64,000 nt of DNA, from NCBI GenBank assembly GCA_963710605.1, contig CAVQBA010000004.1, positions 1,216,001 through 1,280,000 of the forward strand. Direction: 5' to 3'. The position numbers and the translations under genes were made by a program. The notes below the pieces were generated by a model. The model was not told the DNA's origin. It ran no database searches and was given only the letters and a program-made list of their open reading frames with translations. The stretch is from an uncultured cyanobacterium (GTDB lineage: Bacteria > Cyanobacteriota > Cyanobacteriia > Cyanobacteriales > Cyanobacteriaceae). Positions 34,691-44,349 of this stretch are shown piece by piece. The stretch's first letter is position 1. Each line of letters starts with the position of its first letter.

Positions 34691-34939
34691 TTAGGTGGGA
34701 ATTGCTTCTCCTGGACGTAATCTCGCCCATTTACCCATATCTTTGGTAAAGCTGTTGCATCCCACTACATCCCATTCCATTTCGATGTATTCTCCTTGGG
34801 GGCTAATATTAACGTTAATCGAAGGTTTGTCTGGTTCAAAACTTGGTGTTTGGGTAAGATGTTCTTGTTGATGTTGTGCTTCTACGGCATGATAAGTATT
34901 ACAACGATCGACATATTCACAATTTATACAAATACACAT
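34691..34939 (-). CDS. ycf34: Ycf34 Fe-S protein
   Basis: 'MCICINCEYVDRCNTYHAVE.QH', 'EMEWDVVGC.SF'. Confidence 0.9.
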   Translation of the reverse strand: MCICINCEYVDRCNTYHAVEAQHQQEHLTQTPSFEPDKPSINVNISPQGEYIEMEWDVVGCNSFTKDMGKWARLRPGEAIPT

Positions 34940-35249
34940 AATCAGTTAAAAGTTAAAAGTTAAGAGTTAAGAGTTGATAATTATTTCATTCTTCATTGCT
35001 GATTGTTCTATCTGTAATGTAACTCAATTTTTCTTAAATTAGCACGATTAACTGTTAAGATTTTATACCTAACTAAATTGATGATTAACAATCACAGACC
35101 AAATAAATAGTAAATGTGAGTGAAAAGAAAAACGTAATTACTACTTCACGACAGCTATCTGACTAGATGTAATGTTTATTTTGATGCACAGAAAAAGAAC
35201 GAGGTAGGTAAAACAATTATTTATTATTCATTATTCATTATTCATTATC

Positions 35250-36474
35250 ATGTTTTCTTTACCTGAATTTGTTACAGCTAACCTTCCTTTCGATTTAGAT
35301 TTGCTACCTGATGATAGTTATTTAGTTGGTGGTGCTGTTAGAGATGTTTTGTTGCAACGCAATAGAGATTATTTAGATTTAGATTTTGTAGTGCCTAAAA
35401 ATGCGATTACACGGCTAAAAAAATTGCTAACAAATATAATGCAGGTTTTGTAATTTTAGACGAACAAAGAAATATTGCTCGTGTCGTTTTCCCTACAGCA
35501 ACAATTGATATTGCCCAGCAAGAAGGAAAGTCTTTACTTAATGATTTAGCTCGTCGTGATTACACCATTAATGCGATCGCTTATGATTGCCTAAAACAAA
35601 AAATAATTGACCCATTGCAAGGACAAAAAGACTTAAGAGAAGGGATAATCAGGATGATATCTAAAAATAACTTGAAAGAAGATTCTTTAAGATTATTAAG
35701 AGGTTATCGTCAAGGATGTCAACTTAATTTTACGATCGAAAATCAGACTCGCATAGCAATAAAAGAATTAGCACCACTTTTAGCTAATGTTGCCGAAGAA
35801 AGAATCAATCGTGAATTAGAATATATCTTGAGTAATATTCGTGGTAGTAAATGGTTAAAGGATGCTTTTGAATCTGGCTTGTTATCGGTTAACTTTCCTC
35901 ATCTTAACTCCAATAATCTCGATCGACTTGTCAAAATTGATAATGCCATTGAATGGCTTGAAAAAAATCACAAAGCAAATTAACACCAATAGAATCACAA
36001 TGGCGTAGTTTAGCTAAATTAGCTTGTCTGACGGAGACTAACCCCGAAATTGTCGCCGTGCAATTAAATCATCTCAAATATTCTCGTCAACAAGTTAAAA
36101 CAATTATTACAATACATCAACAAATACCAAAGTTAAAAGAAGAAGATTTTGCCAACAATTTAACTAGTCAATATTTTTTCTTTCAATCCGTGGGTGATAT
36201 TTTTCCAGTATTAGCTATTTTCGCCCTTACTGATGATATATCTCCAGATTTACTATCAATGTTAATCAAACGATATTGTAACCCTGAAGATAAAGTCGCT
36301 CATCCACAACCATTATTAACAGGAAACGACTTAATGCAAGAGTTGCAACTACCTCCTAGTAAATTAATTGGTGAATTGTTGACTGAAGTACAGATTGCTT
36401 ATATTAACGATGAAATTGACGATCGAAATCAAGCCATTATTTGGGCAAGACAACAATTGACAATTAGTAATTAA
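35250..36474 (+). CDS. CCA-adding tRNA nucleotidyltransferase / poly(A) polymerase family; two apparent -1 frameshifts
   Basis: 'YLVGGAVRD', 'DLDFVV', 'DLARRDYTINAIA' (shifted frame), 'DSLRLLRGYR', 'PLLTGNDL'; breaks near 35408 and in the A-run at 35961-35967. Confidence 0.8.
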
Positions 36475-36496
36475 TACTCCTTACTCCTTACTCCTT

Positions 36497-36597
36497 GCGG
36501 TGGAAGCCCGCGTCGGCGTAAGACGCAAGCGGTCAGAACCCGCGACGACGGCAAGTCGCAAGGGAAGGCTGACCAAGACGGGAATGTCCACCAAGAC
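36497..36597. repeat. Nested structured mini-repeat, locus 2
   Basis: Outer GCGGTGGA..CCC...GGG..TCCACCAAGAC contains inner GCGGTCAG..CTGACCAAGAC (36529-36579); sits inside a TTACTCC heptamer (TT|ACTCC). Confidence 0.8.
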
Positions 36598-36602
36598 ACT
36601 CC

Positions 36603-38240
36603 TTACTTAAGTTTTCCCGATCGTAATATACTGACAATCAACCATAAACCAAGAAAACTAGCAGTAGCAAAAAGAATACCACTGAGAATGAGCAAATTTT
36701 TGCTTGTAGCGGTACTAGAAATAATCGCCGCACCGATGGTTAACGAGCCAACTACGATACTAAAAGAGAGTCGGTTAGCTGAATAATCCAAACTTCTTCT
36801 TAAACCGTCTATTTCAGCGATTCTTAAATTCCAACGTAACTTTTCAGAACTAATACGCTCTAGAATAACATCAAGCTGACGGGGCGATCGTAAACTAATT
36901 GATTTTAAATCCAAAACCGTCCTAAATAAAGTTTGAAAAGGAGTATCACCCACTAACTGACGACGAAATAAATCAGTCATTAAAGGTTTGATTTCTTCAA
37001 GCAAATTGATTTGCGGATTCAAATTACGGGCAACACCTTCTAAATTAGCCAAACTTTTAGCATACAATCCCATATTTCCGGGCAGACGGATTTTGTTTTT
37101 ACGGGCAACTCCCAAAATGTTATAAAAAACTTCACTAAAATTTAACTGCGAAAGTGATAGATTATAATACTTCCTTAACATCCGTTGATAATCATTTTCT
37201 AATTGAGCTAGATTAGTTTTACTCGGATTACCTTCAGATAACTCTAAAGTAAGTTGAGCACATCTTTGAGCATCAATATCAACAATAGCCAGTAACATCT
37301 CAGTTAACAATTGCTGTGTATGGACATCTAATTTACCCACCATGCCACAATCGATAATTCCCACCTTACCATTATCAAGATAGAATATATTACCAGGGTG
37401 AGGATCAGCATGAAAAAAACCATCAACAAATATCTGCTGAAAAAATGCCCGAAACAACAAGGTACTAATTTCTTGACGTTTAAGAGTATCATCTACAGCG
37501 ATATTCGCTTCTAAAAGTGGCTTACCGTATAACCATTCTAAAACTAATATTTTTTTACTCGTAAATTCCCAATAGACATGAGGTACAATCAATTTTTCGG
37601 AATCTACCCAACTACTATTAGCCAAGTTAAGACATAATTTATCTGTATAAGCACCTTCTTGACAAAAATCTAATTCGGCTTTGACTGCTTCTGTGAATTC
37701 CTCGGCTAGTGCAACAATATCATAGTCACTACCTATATCTGTCATCGCCATAATATCCGCAATCCCTCGTATTAATTTAATATCTTGGGTTACTATCTGC
37801 TCAATATAAGGGCGTTGAATTTTGATGGCTACTTCTTCCCCTGTGATTAATGTAGCACGATGTATCTGAGCGATCGAACCTGCGGCGACAGGTTGAGGAT
37901 TAATTTTGCTAAAAACGTTTTCTAAAGGTAAAGGTAATTGCTCCCTTAAAGTTGCTTCCATCAACTCCCATTCTACAGTAGGCACTTGGGCTTGAAGTGC
38001 AGTTAAGGCTTCGATATATCGAGGAGGTAATAAATCTGGACGAGTACTTAATAGTTGCCCAAATTTGACATAAAATGGTCCTAATTCAATTAATATTTTG
38101 CGAAATACTTCTGGTTGTGGTAGTCTTGGTTCATTAGATTTACCACGAGTTAGTATTCCTCGCATATAATCCCAACCATTACTAAATACAACTTCGATAA
38201 TTTCTCTTTGTCTGGTACTAGTTTTAGTTAATGAAAACAT
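36603..38240 (-). CDS. ABC1/AarF/UbiB-family atypical kinase
   Basis: 'ELGPFYVKFGQLLSTRPDL', 'AAGSIAQIH', 'VAIKIQRP', 'FFHADPHPGN', two C-terminal TMs; start MFSLTK. Confidence 0.9.
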   Translation of the reverse strand: MFSLTKTSTRQREIIEVVFSNGWDYMRGILTRGKSNEPRLPQPEVFRKILIELGPFYVKFGQLLSTRPDLLPPRYIEALTALQAQVPTVEWELMEATLREQLPLPLENVFSKINPQPVAAGSIAQIHRATLITGEEVAIKIQRPYIEQIVTQDIKLIRGIADIMAMTDIGSDYDIVALAEEFTEAVKAELDFCQEGAYTDKLCLNLANSSWVDSEKLIVPHVYWEFTSKKILVLEWLYGKPLLEANIAVDDTLKRQEISTLLFRAFFQQIFVDGFFHADPHPGNIFYLDNGKVGIIDCGMVGKLDVHTQQLLTEMLLAIVDIDAQRCAQLTLELSEGNPSKTNLAQLENDYQRMLRKYYNLSLSQLNFSEVFYNILGVARKNKIRLPGNMGLYAKSLANLEGVARNLNPQINLLEEIKPLMTDLFRRQLVGDTPFQTLFRTVLDLKSISLRSPRQLDVILERISSEKLRWNLRIAEIDGLRRSLDYSANRLSFSIVVGSLTIGAAIISSTATSKNLLILSGILFATASFLGLWLIVSILRSGKLK

Positions 38241-38846
38241 AAGTAAATAATTGACAATTAACAATTACCTTCACCAGTTAAAGTGAGGCTTTTATCCTTT
38301 GCTTTTTGGTAATAATTTAGAGACTCTTTGTTTAATATCTTACTCTAACCTTGAATTCACATTTTTTTTTATGGTAGTCATTCTAACCCTATTTTCCAAC
38401 AACAAAGAATTGTTATCAAAATCCTAAGTAAGTCAACAAAGGGCAAAGGTAAGTAATGAGTAAGGAGTAAGAAGTAATAAGAAAAAATAACACCGTTACT
38501 ACCATTAAAATCCAATACGCCTATCAAAGAAGTATCCCCCCCATCCCTACGCAGGGCTGTTTCATTCAAAGGAAGAAGAAAATAGCTATCTGCTCAAAAC
38601 AAATAGCTAGAAGCTATTACTACATACTCGATCGAGCGATTTGGTCATCTTATCTTTTTATTTTTAGAAAAAAACGGCTAAATTTACTGGTATTTCTTAG
38701 TTGTAGAAAATAGAAGAAACATAATTAATTGTTAAATCCGAATAATTTGTATGGTAAAAGTATTACTTATTACTTCTTACTTATTATTTCTTACTTATTA
38801 TTTCTTACTTGTTACTTTTTACTTCTTACTCGTTACTCACAATAAT

Positions 38847-39743
38847 CTAACATCCCGCATCTCCTACTACATCAAATTGCTGAGTTTTATCTTCTATTAT
38901 CACAGTTATTGTACCATTAGGAATATTAACCGATTCAATTTCACCTTTAGCACCCAAAGTCACATCGACTTCCACCAATATTCGATCGTCTTCTGTAGTA
39001 AAAACTTGATTTGTTTTTTGTCCGTAAAATTCTTCTCCTTGAGATGATTTTCTGATCAGTTTAGTTAACTTACCATCAAAAGACATAAATGCGTCAGTAT
39101 CTCCTTGAGTATCTTCTATTCCATTAAAGAATAAAAATCCTCTTTGATTAGTTTGGGCTTTTTTATCTAAACTCATACCACAACCGCCTCCACCCGCATC
39201 GAATAATTCATCGGTGGTGAATCTCGTAATTTCGATCGATGAAGAAGTTGTTTTATCTTCAAGAGTAACATTAGGTATTTCGGTTAGTAGTGTGTCACCA
39301 CAATAAATCATGACGGAGCGATATTCATTGATTGTGGTGGGCATGGTGTAATTCACTTTTGTCGGCGTAATTACTTGAATAGCAACGCCTTCTGGGGGAA
39401 TAGGTGAAAAAGAAATACGTTGTGCTGGTGGTTGTCGTCGATCGAGTATTCCGGGTTTCCATTCAACTTGATAGTTAGGAGTCGGCATATCCACTTCTCC
39501 TGATATATTTAAACGCAATTCACCATCCCCAACATTATCTATCCAAGCTTGCCAGTTACGACTTTGGGTTACTGTACAAGAAGAATTATTATTGATAGTT
39601 TGCACAATTTCGTTATTAGAAGATGTTAAGTTTTCCTCTGTTTTAGCACCTGTTATTTGTGAATTAGGATTATCACATCCAGCCATTACCAAAGAGAGAA
39701 AAATTAGGCAAGTTAAAAAGTAAGAATTAATTTTTTTAAACAC
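38847..39743 (-). CDS. Hypothetical lipoprotein
   Basis: Signal peptide with lipobox 'VMAG-C'. Confidence 0.7.
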   Translation of the reverse strand: MFKKINSYFLTCLIFLSLVMAGCDNPNSQITGAKTEENLTSSNNEIVQTINNNSSCTVTQSRNWQAWIDNVGDGELRLNISGEVDMPTPNYQVEWKPGILDRRQPPAQRISFSPIPPEGVAIQVITPTKVNYTMPTTINEYRSVMIYCGDTLLTEIPNVTLEDKTTSSSIEITRFTTDELFDAGGGGCGMSLDKKAQTNQRGFLFFNGIEDTQGDTDAFMSFDGKLTKLIRKSSQGEEFYGQKTNQVFTTEDDRILVEVDVTLGAKGEIESVNIPNGTITVIIEDKTQQFDVVGDAGC

Positions 39744-39956
39744 GATCGACTCTTAAGATTGATATTTCTTTTGTTTAGATAACTTTTTATCATGATGTCG
39801 GCAGAATACCCTTATGTCCTTGACTTAGGGATGAATGCCGACAAATCAATTGAGGGCGATTAGCCCATCCCCTCATTAAAAAAAATAAGTGAGAAAATTC
39901 AATTTTGTCACTTATAATTAAAATGATTAAAAAATACTGAATAATCAGTAATTCTC

Positions 39957-42900
39957 ATGATATTAGCTTTTTGCTACAAATTAAAACCTAGTTTGTCCCA
40001 ACAAAGGACGATCGCTCATTGGATGGCAATGTTGAGGTCGCACTACAACTATTGCCTAGCCGATCGAATTGGTAGTTATGAAGAAGTTCGATCGCCTAAA
40101 CTAGGAGAATATTGCGACTTGCGAACTAAGGCAGTTTGTTCTCCCTTAAGCTGTGCCATCTCTAAAAATTCTAATATGGGCGAACCATTTAAAGGTAATG
40201 GTAAAAGACGTAATGCCTATGAAATGCAATCTTCAGAACTACCTATTCTTAAAAAGTCTCGCCCGTGGTATGCCACCATTAGCTCAACTGTCCTTCAACA
40301 AAATCTTCGACGATTGAATGATGCCTTTGAGGGGTTTTTCAATGGTAAAGGCTATCCTGCTTTTAAAAGGCGTAATAAGTTTAAAAGTTTTTCCTATGCC
40401 CCAAACCAAGTTCAGTTTAATCCGCAAAAAGTCTATTTGCCCAAAATAGGATGGATGCGGTTTTTCAAGTCTAGGGCTTTTCCTAATGGGTTCACTCCCA
40501 AGACTGTTACCGTTAGGCAAAAAGCCGACGGGTACTATATATCTGTACGCTTGGAAGACAAAACTGTCCCTGACTTTGAACCAATGGAAATCGATCGAGT
40601 AAAATCGATTGTCGGAATTGACTTAGGAGCAAGACCTCATAAGTTATGTTGTTTGTCCACAGGAGAAAATATCCCTAATCCCATGTTTGCCAAACAATCT
40701 AGTAAACGTCGAACATTACTACACCGTAGGGCTAGTCGTAAAGTGAAAGGCTCAAAAAATCAAAAAAAAGCCTACCAAAAATTAAGCAAATTTGAACTTG
40801 GAGTTATAAATCAAAGAAATGATTACCAGTGGAAAGTGGGACACCAGCTAGTACGCAAGTTTGATGCGATCGTCATGGAAGCCTTGCAAATTCAAAATAT
40901 GACTCGTCGATGCAAACCAAAACTAGATGAGCAAGGGAAATACCTTAAAAATGGACAATCGGCTAAACGGGCATTAAGCCGCTTAATCCAAGATTGTAGT
41001 TGGGAAAAACTAAAGGGCAAAATACGTCAAGTCGCTGAAAAGTGTGGGCGTATTTTTCTAGAAGTAGAACCTAAATTTTCCTCTCAAACCTGTTCGTCTT
41101 GTGGGTTCAAAAGTAAAGAAAACAGAAAGAAAGAATCATTTTTGTGCCTAAACTGTGGAATGTCTCATGATGCGGATACCAATGCGTCGCTCGTATTAGC
41201 AACTCGTGGAATTGAAAAACTTGGTATTAGTGAAAATACCCTATGGGGGGTCACCCCAAAAGTTACGGCTACCTCTGAAACCTCAGAGGTGACTAGAAAT
41301 AGTCAGGAGATCAAATCAGTGGCGTTGGCGACTGAGCCTAGCAACCCTCTACAACGTGCGATTCGTTCTTACGAAACCTTTATCTAAAGGTGGATGTGAG
41401 GCTTTCAGTTAAGTAACTCCCCCTGAGTTGTGCTCGCACTTTAATCCTTAACTGAATTAATAACTTGTAATTCATGGAGGTGAATCAGTATCCTAGAACA
41501 TAAGTCCTCCCGACCTTGTGCGGGTTGAAAAGCATACAGCGTCCCCACTCGTGAGGGTGGTGAGAAGTTTCCCCAATTTCTGAGGTGACAACTCAGAGGT
41601 TGAAGCGGGAGTAAAAGCGGATAGTAGCGATAATTGCTGAAAACGCCTCACCGCAAGCAAGTGTTTTATAAGCGACCCAGGACTGAGATAATCTCAGGGA
41701 AATGGACATCGTGGGGTAGATAATCAAAGTATCTATTGAAGCGTCTCAAAGGGTTAGCAAGGGATATAAGCTAGTGGATAATGCCACACCTTGCATTCCG
41801 AAATAACGGAAGAATAATAATATGTGGTTCTGTTGTAAAGTCACATCGCACAATTAATTCAAATAGGCGTAAAGGTACACCCTAAAGAACACAAATCAAC
41901 TGGTTGCACCGTCGCAACCAGCAATGGAATACAGGAACGAAGTAAACCAATATAAGCCCCAGAATAACTGGTAGGTCGTCAAACCGTATGCTTAAGTTGG
42001 GAAAGGATGGGTCAAGAAGCTAATGCCTAGCTCGAAAACACGAGCATTGCTGGAAAAGAGAAGGGGTAACGCCCAGGATACGCAGACGTGACTCGCAATA
42101 TATCAAATGCTAAAGGTGTCAGTAGTAGTAAATATGTCTAATACAGAATCGAATCAGAATACTGTGGAATGGGAAAATATCGATTGGCGTAAAGTCGAAA
42201 GATATGTCTTTAAGCTACAAAAACGCATTTACGCTGCTTCACGTCGTGGTGAAGTTAAGAAAGTACGCAAACTCCAAAGAACCCTTATGAGGTCTTGGTC
42301 TAATAAGGTACTTTCGGTCAGAAAGGTAACACAGGATAACAGAGGTAAGAAGACGGCAGGAGTGGATGGAGCAAAAGCACTTTCCCCAGAAGAACGTATG
42401 AACCTCGTAGGTCAACTAAAAATCACAGGAAAAAGTAAACCAACTCGGAGAGTATGGATACCGAAACAAAATAGTGGTGAAAGAAGACCATTGGGAATAC
42501 CAACTATATATGACCGAGCCTTACAAAACACTGTTAAATCAGCGATTGAGCCAGAATGGGAAGCTCGTTTTGAGTCAAACAGCTATGGTTTTAGACCAGG
42601 ACGGTCAGTCCACGATGCTATCAAGCAAATTAAAAATGCAATTCAAAAGAAACCAAAATACGTTTTGGATGCCGATATTGCAAAATGTTTTGATAAAATC
42701 AACCACTTATCCTTACTTAAGAAGCTCGGATACACGGGTAAAATCAGGCAACAAATTAAAGCCTGGTTAAAATCTGGGGTCATTGACCAAAAGGTTTTTA
42801 CTACTACGTCTGAGGGTACACCGCAAGGTGGGGTTATTAGCCCTTTACTCGCTAATATTGCCCTCCACGGGATAGAAATTATGTTAAAGGAGTTTGTCAA

Positions 42901-44130
42901 AACATTAGACTTGCGAAGAAAAGACTATCCAAGCAGTCAAATAAGTTGGCAGAAGAAAGTTCGTTCGCTGTCTTTTATAAGATACGCAGATGACTTTTTA
43001 CTAATACATGAGGACTTAAAAGTGGTCCACAGATGCAAAGAATTAATCTCTGAATGGTTATATGACATTGGACTAGAACTAAAACCATCAAAAACCAGAA
43101 TCACTCATATACTCAAACCAGAATTGAGCGAGGATAGAAAAGCTGGGTTTGATTTCCTCGGACATCATATACAGCAATATCCAATAAGTAAGTACCAAAG
43201 TGCGAAGCTAAATGGAAAACCACTAGGCTTTAGGACTCTCATAACACCAAGTAAGGAAGCACGTTTAAAGCATCAGAAAGATATGAGGGACATTGTGAGA
43301 AAACATAAAAACTCTCACCAAGCAAAATTAATCAAGAAGTTAAATGAGTGTATAAGAGGTTGGTGTAATTACTATGTCAACTCAGACGCTCAAACTGTTG
43401 GTGAATTTTCCAGACAAGACCACCTTGTATATCAAAAACTTAGAACTTGGGGCAAACGGAGGTGTAAAGGAAGCCTCAATAAAGCACATAAGAAATACTG
43501 GTGCAAAGTAGGTAATAATAACTGGGTATTTGCAGTCAATCAAGAGACGAAGAATCCCTTGAGGTTACTAACACATAGTGAATATAAATGTAGTAGTACA
43601 AACTATGTGAAAGTTAAAGATGACGTAAGCCCCTTCAACGGTGACTTGGTTTACTGGAGTACACGGATGGGCAAAAGCCCAGAGATGCCAAATCGAAAAG
43701 CGAAATTGCTTAAGATTCAAAAAGGGGTCTGCCCTTGGTGTCAACTTAGATTTCGTGAAGAAGATGTATTAGAAGTTGACCACATTCAAGCTCGTGCCTT
43801 GGGAGGAAAGGACACATACAAAAATCTTCAACTACTTCACGGTCATTGCCACGATGAAAAAACTGCCTTGGATATGAAGGAAATTTGGAAGCACAAGACT
43901 CTCAGTGATTTTTTAAAATCTAATAATATATTGGAAAATTACAATTGGTACTGGGATGAAAACGATATTCTAATAACCTTCAAGAAAATAAAGTGAAGTT
44001 CAATAACAAGATAGATATGTTGAGTAGCCGTGTGAAGCGAAAGTTTCACGCACGGTTTCGGAGGAGAGGAGTAGAGTGGAAACACTCACTTCGACTCTAA
44101 CTATCGTTGTTTGAGTGGATGGACGGCTGA
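39957..44130 (+). CDS. tnpB: RNA-guided endonuclease TnpB, join(39957..41355,44102..44130), 475 aa after splicing
   Basis: HTH N-terminus, RuvC D (GIDLG), E (VMEAL), D (DADTNAS), Zn finger CSSC/CLNC; spliced C-terminus EPSNPLQLSLFEWMDG*. Confidence 0.88.
41356..44101 (+). mobile_element. Group IIB self-splicing intron (2746 nt)
   Basis: 5' GTGCG; DV AGCCGTGTGAAGCGAAAGTTTCACGCACGGTT (44026-44057); DVI with bulged A at -8 and 3' AAC; EBS1 GTTGTA (41832-37) pairs IBS1 TACAAC; EBS2 AGGGTT (41750-55) pairs IBS2 AACCCT. Confidence 0.92.
42107..43996 (+). CDS. ltrA: Group II intron-encoded reverse transcriptase/maturase with HNH endonuclease
   Basis: RT N-domain 'WRKVERYVFKLQKRIY', 'RPLGIPT', 'GTPQGGVISPLLANIAL', YADD, X domain 'RGWCNYY', HNH 'CPWC...EVDHI...NLQLLHGHCH'. 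Confidence 0.93.
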   Translation: MLKVSVVVNMSNTESNQNTVEWENIDWRKVERYVFKLQKRIYAASRRGEVKKVRKLQRTLMRSWSNKVLSVRKVTQDNRGKKTAGVDGAKALSPEERMNLVGQLKITGKSKPTRRVWIPKQNSGERRPLGIPTIYDRALQNTVKSAIEPEWEARFESNSYGFRPGRSVHDAIKQIKNAIQKKPKYVLDADIAKCFDKINHLSLLKKLGYTGKIRQQIKAWLKSGVIDQKVFTTTSEGTPQGGVISPLLANIALHGIEIMLKEFVKTLDLRRKDYPSSQISWQKKVRSLSFIRYADDFLLIHEDLKVVHRCKELISEWLYDIGLELKPSKTRITHILKPELSEDRKAGFDFLGHHIQQYPISKYQSAKLNGKPLGFRTLITPSKEARLKHQKDMRDIVRKHKNSHQAKLIKKLNECIRGWCNYYVNSDAQTVGEFSRQDHLVYQKLRTWGKRRCKGSLNKAHKKYWCKVGNNNWVFAVNQETKNPLRLLTHSEYKCSSTNYVKVKDDVSPFNGDLVYWSTRMGKSPEMPNRKAKLLKIQKGVCPWCQLRFREEDVLEVDHIQARALGGKDTYKNLQLLHGHCHDEKTALDMKEIWKHKTLSDFLKSNNILENYNWYWDENDILITFKKIK

Positions 44131-44349
44131 GGTAATTGGCTGTCAGAATTCCCATTGTCTAAGGCGATAGCCGTACGGTGGGGTTCTTCAACTAATCATA
44201 ATATTTACAAGACACGATCGATTTAATAATTGTTCCGAAAGCTTAATTAATTCTCTTTTTCTCATCGTATTACTTTTATTGATTACATTAAATTGTTCTG
44301 TAATCTTTCTTTAAGAGATGGTAGTATTTTTAGAATATCGATCGTTTTA

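Larger units (their letters stand above)
39796..44191 (+). mobile_element. IS200/IS605-family (IS1341-like, no tnpA) element carrying a group II intron
   Basis: Left-end hairpin TGTCGGCA...CCCT..AGGG...TGCCGACA (39796-39843); tnpB; right-end hairpin CCCATTGT...ACGGTGGG ending GTTCTTCAA (about 44146-44191). Exact end bases are inferred. Confidence 0.8.
41240..44210 (+). ncRNA. Predicted TnpB omega/reRNA (about 41240-41355 joined to 44102-44191, plus flanking guide), split by the intron
   Basis: Hairpins in the tnpB 3' end (GGGGGTCACCCC, ACCTCTGA..TCAGAGGT) plus right-end hairpins. TnpB guide RNAs are known to overlap the ORF end and right end; boundaries are inferred. Confidence 0.55.

Noticed and set aside
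34031-36597. CRISPR array or tRNA interpretation of the GC-rich repeats
   Set aside because: There is no repeat-spacer periodicity or cas gene, and no cloverleaf or T-loop consensus.
41518-41527. Second GTGCG as an alternative intron 5' end or twintron
   Set aside because: The preceding bases (GACCTT) do not pair with the EBS1/EBS2 found. Only the 41356 start restores the tnpB frame, and there is a single DV/DVI.
42107-43996. RT as a retron, DGR or CRISPR-associated RT
   Set aside because: It has maturase and HNH domains and sits within a full group II ribozyme; no TR/VR pair, msr-msd or cas genes were seen.
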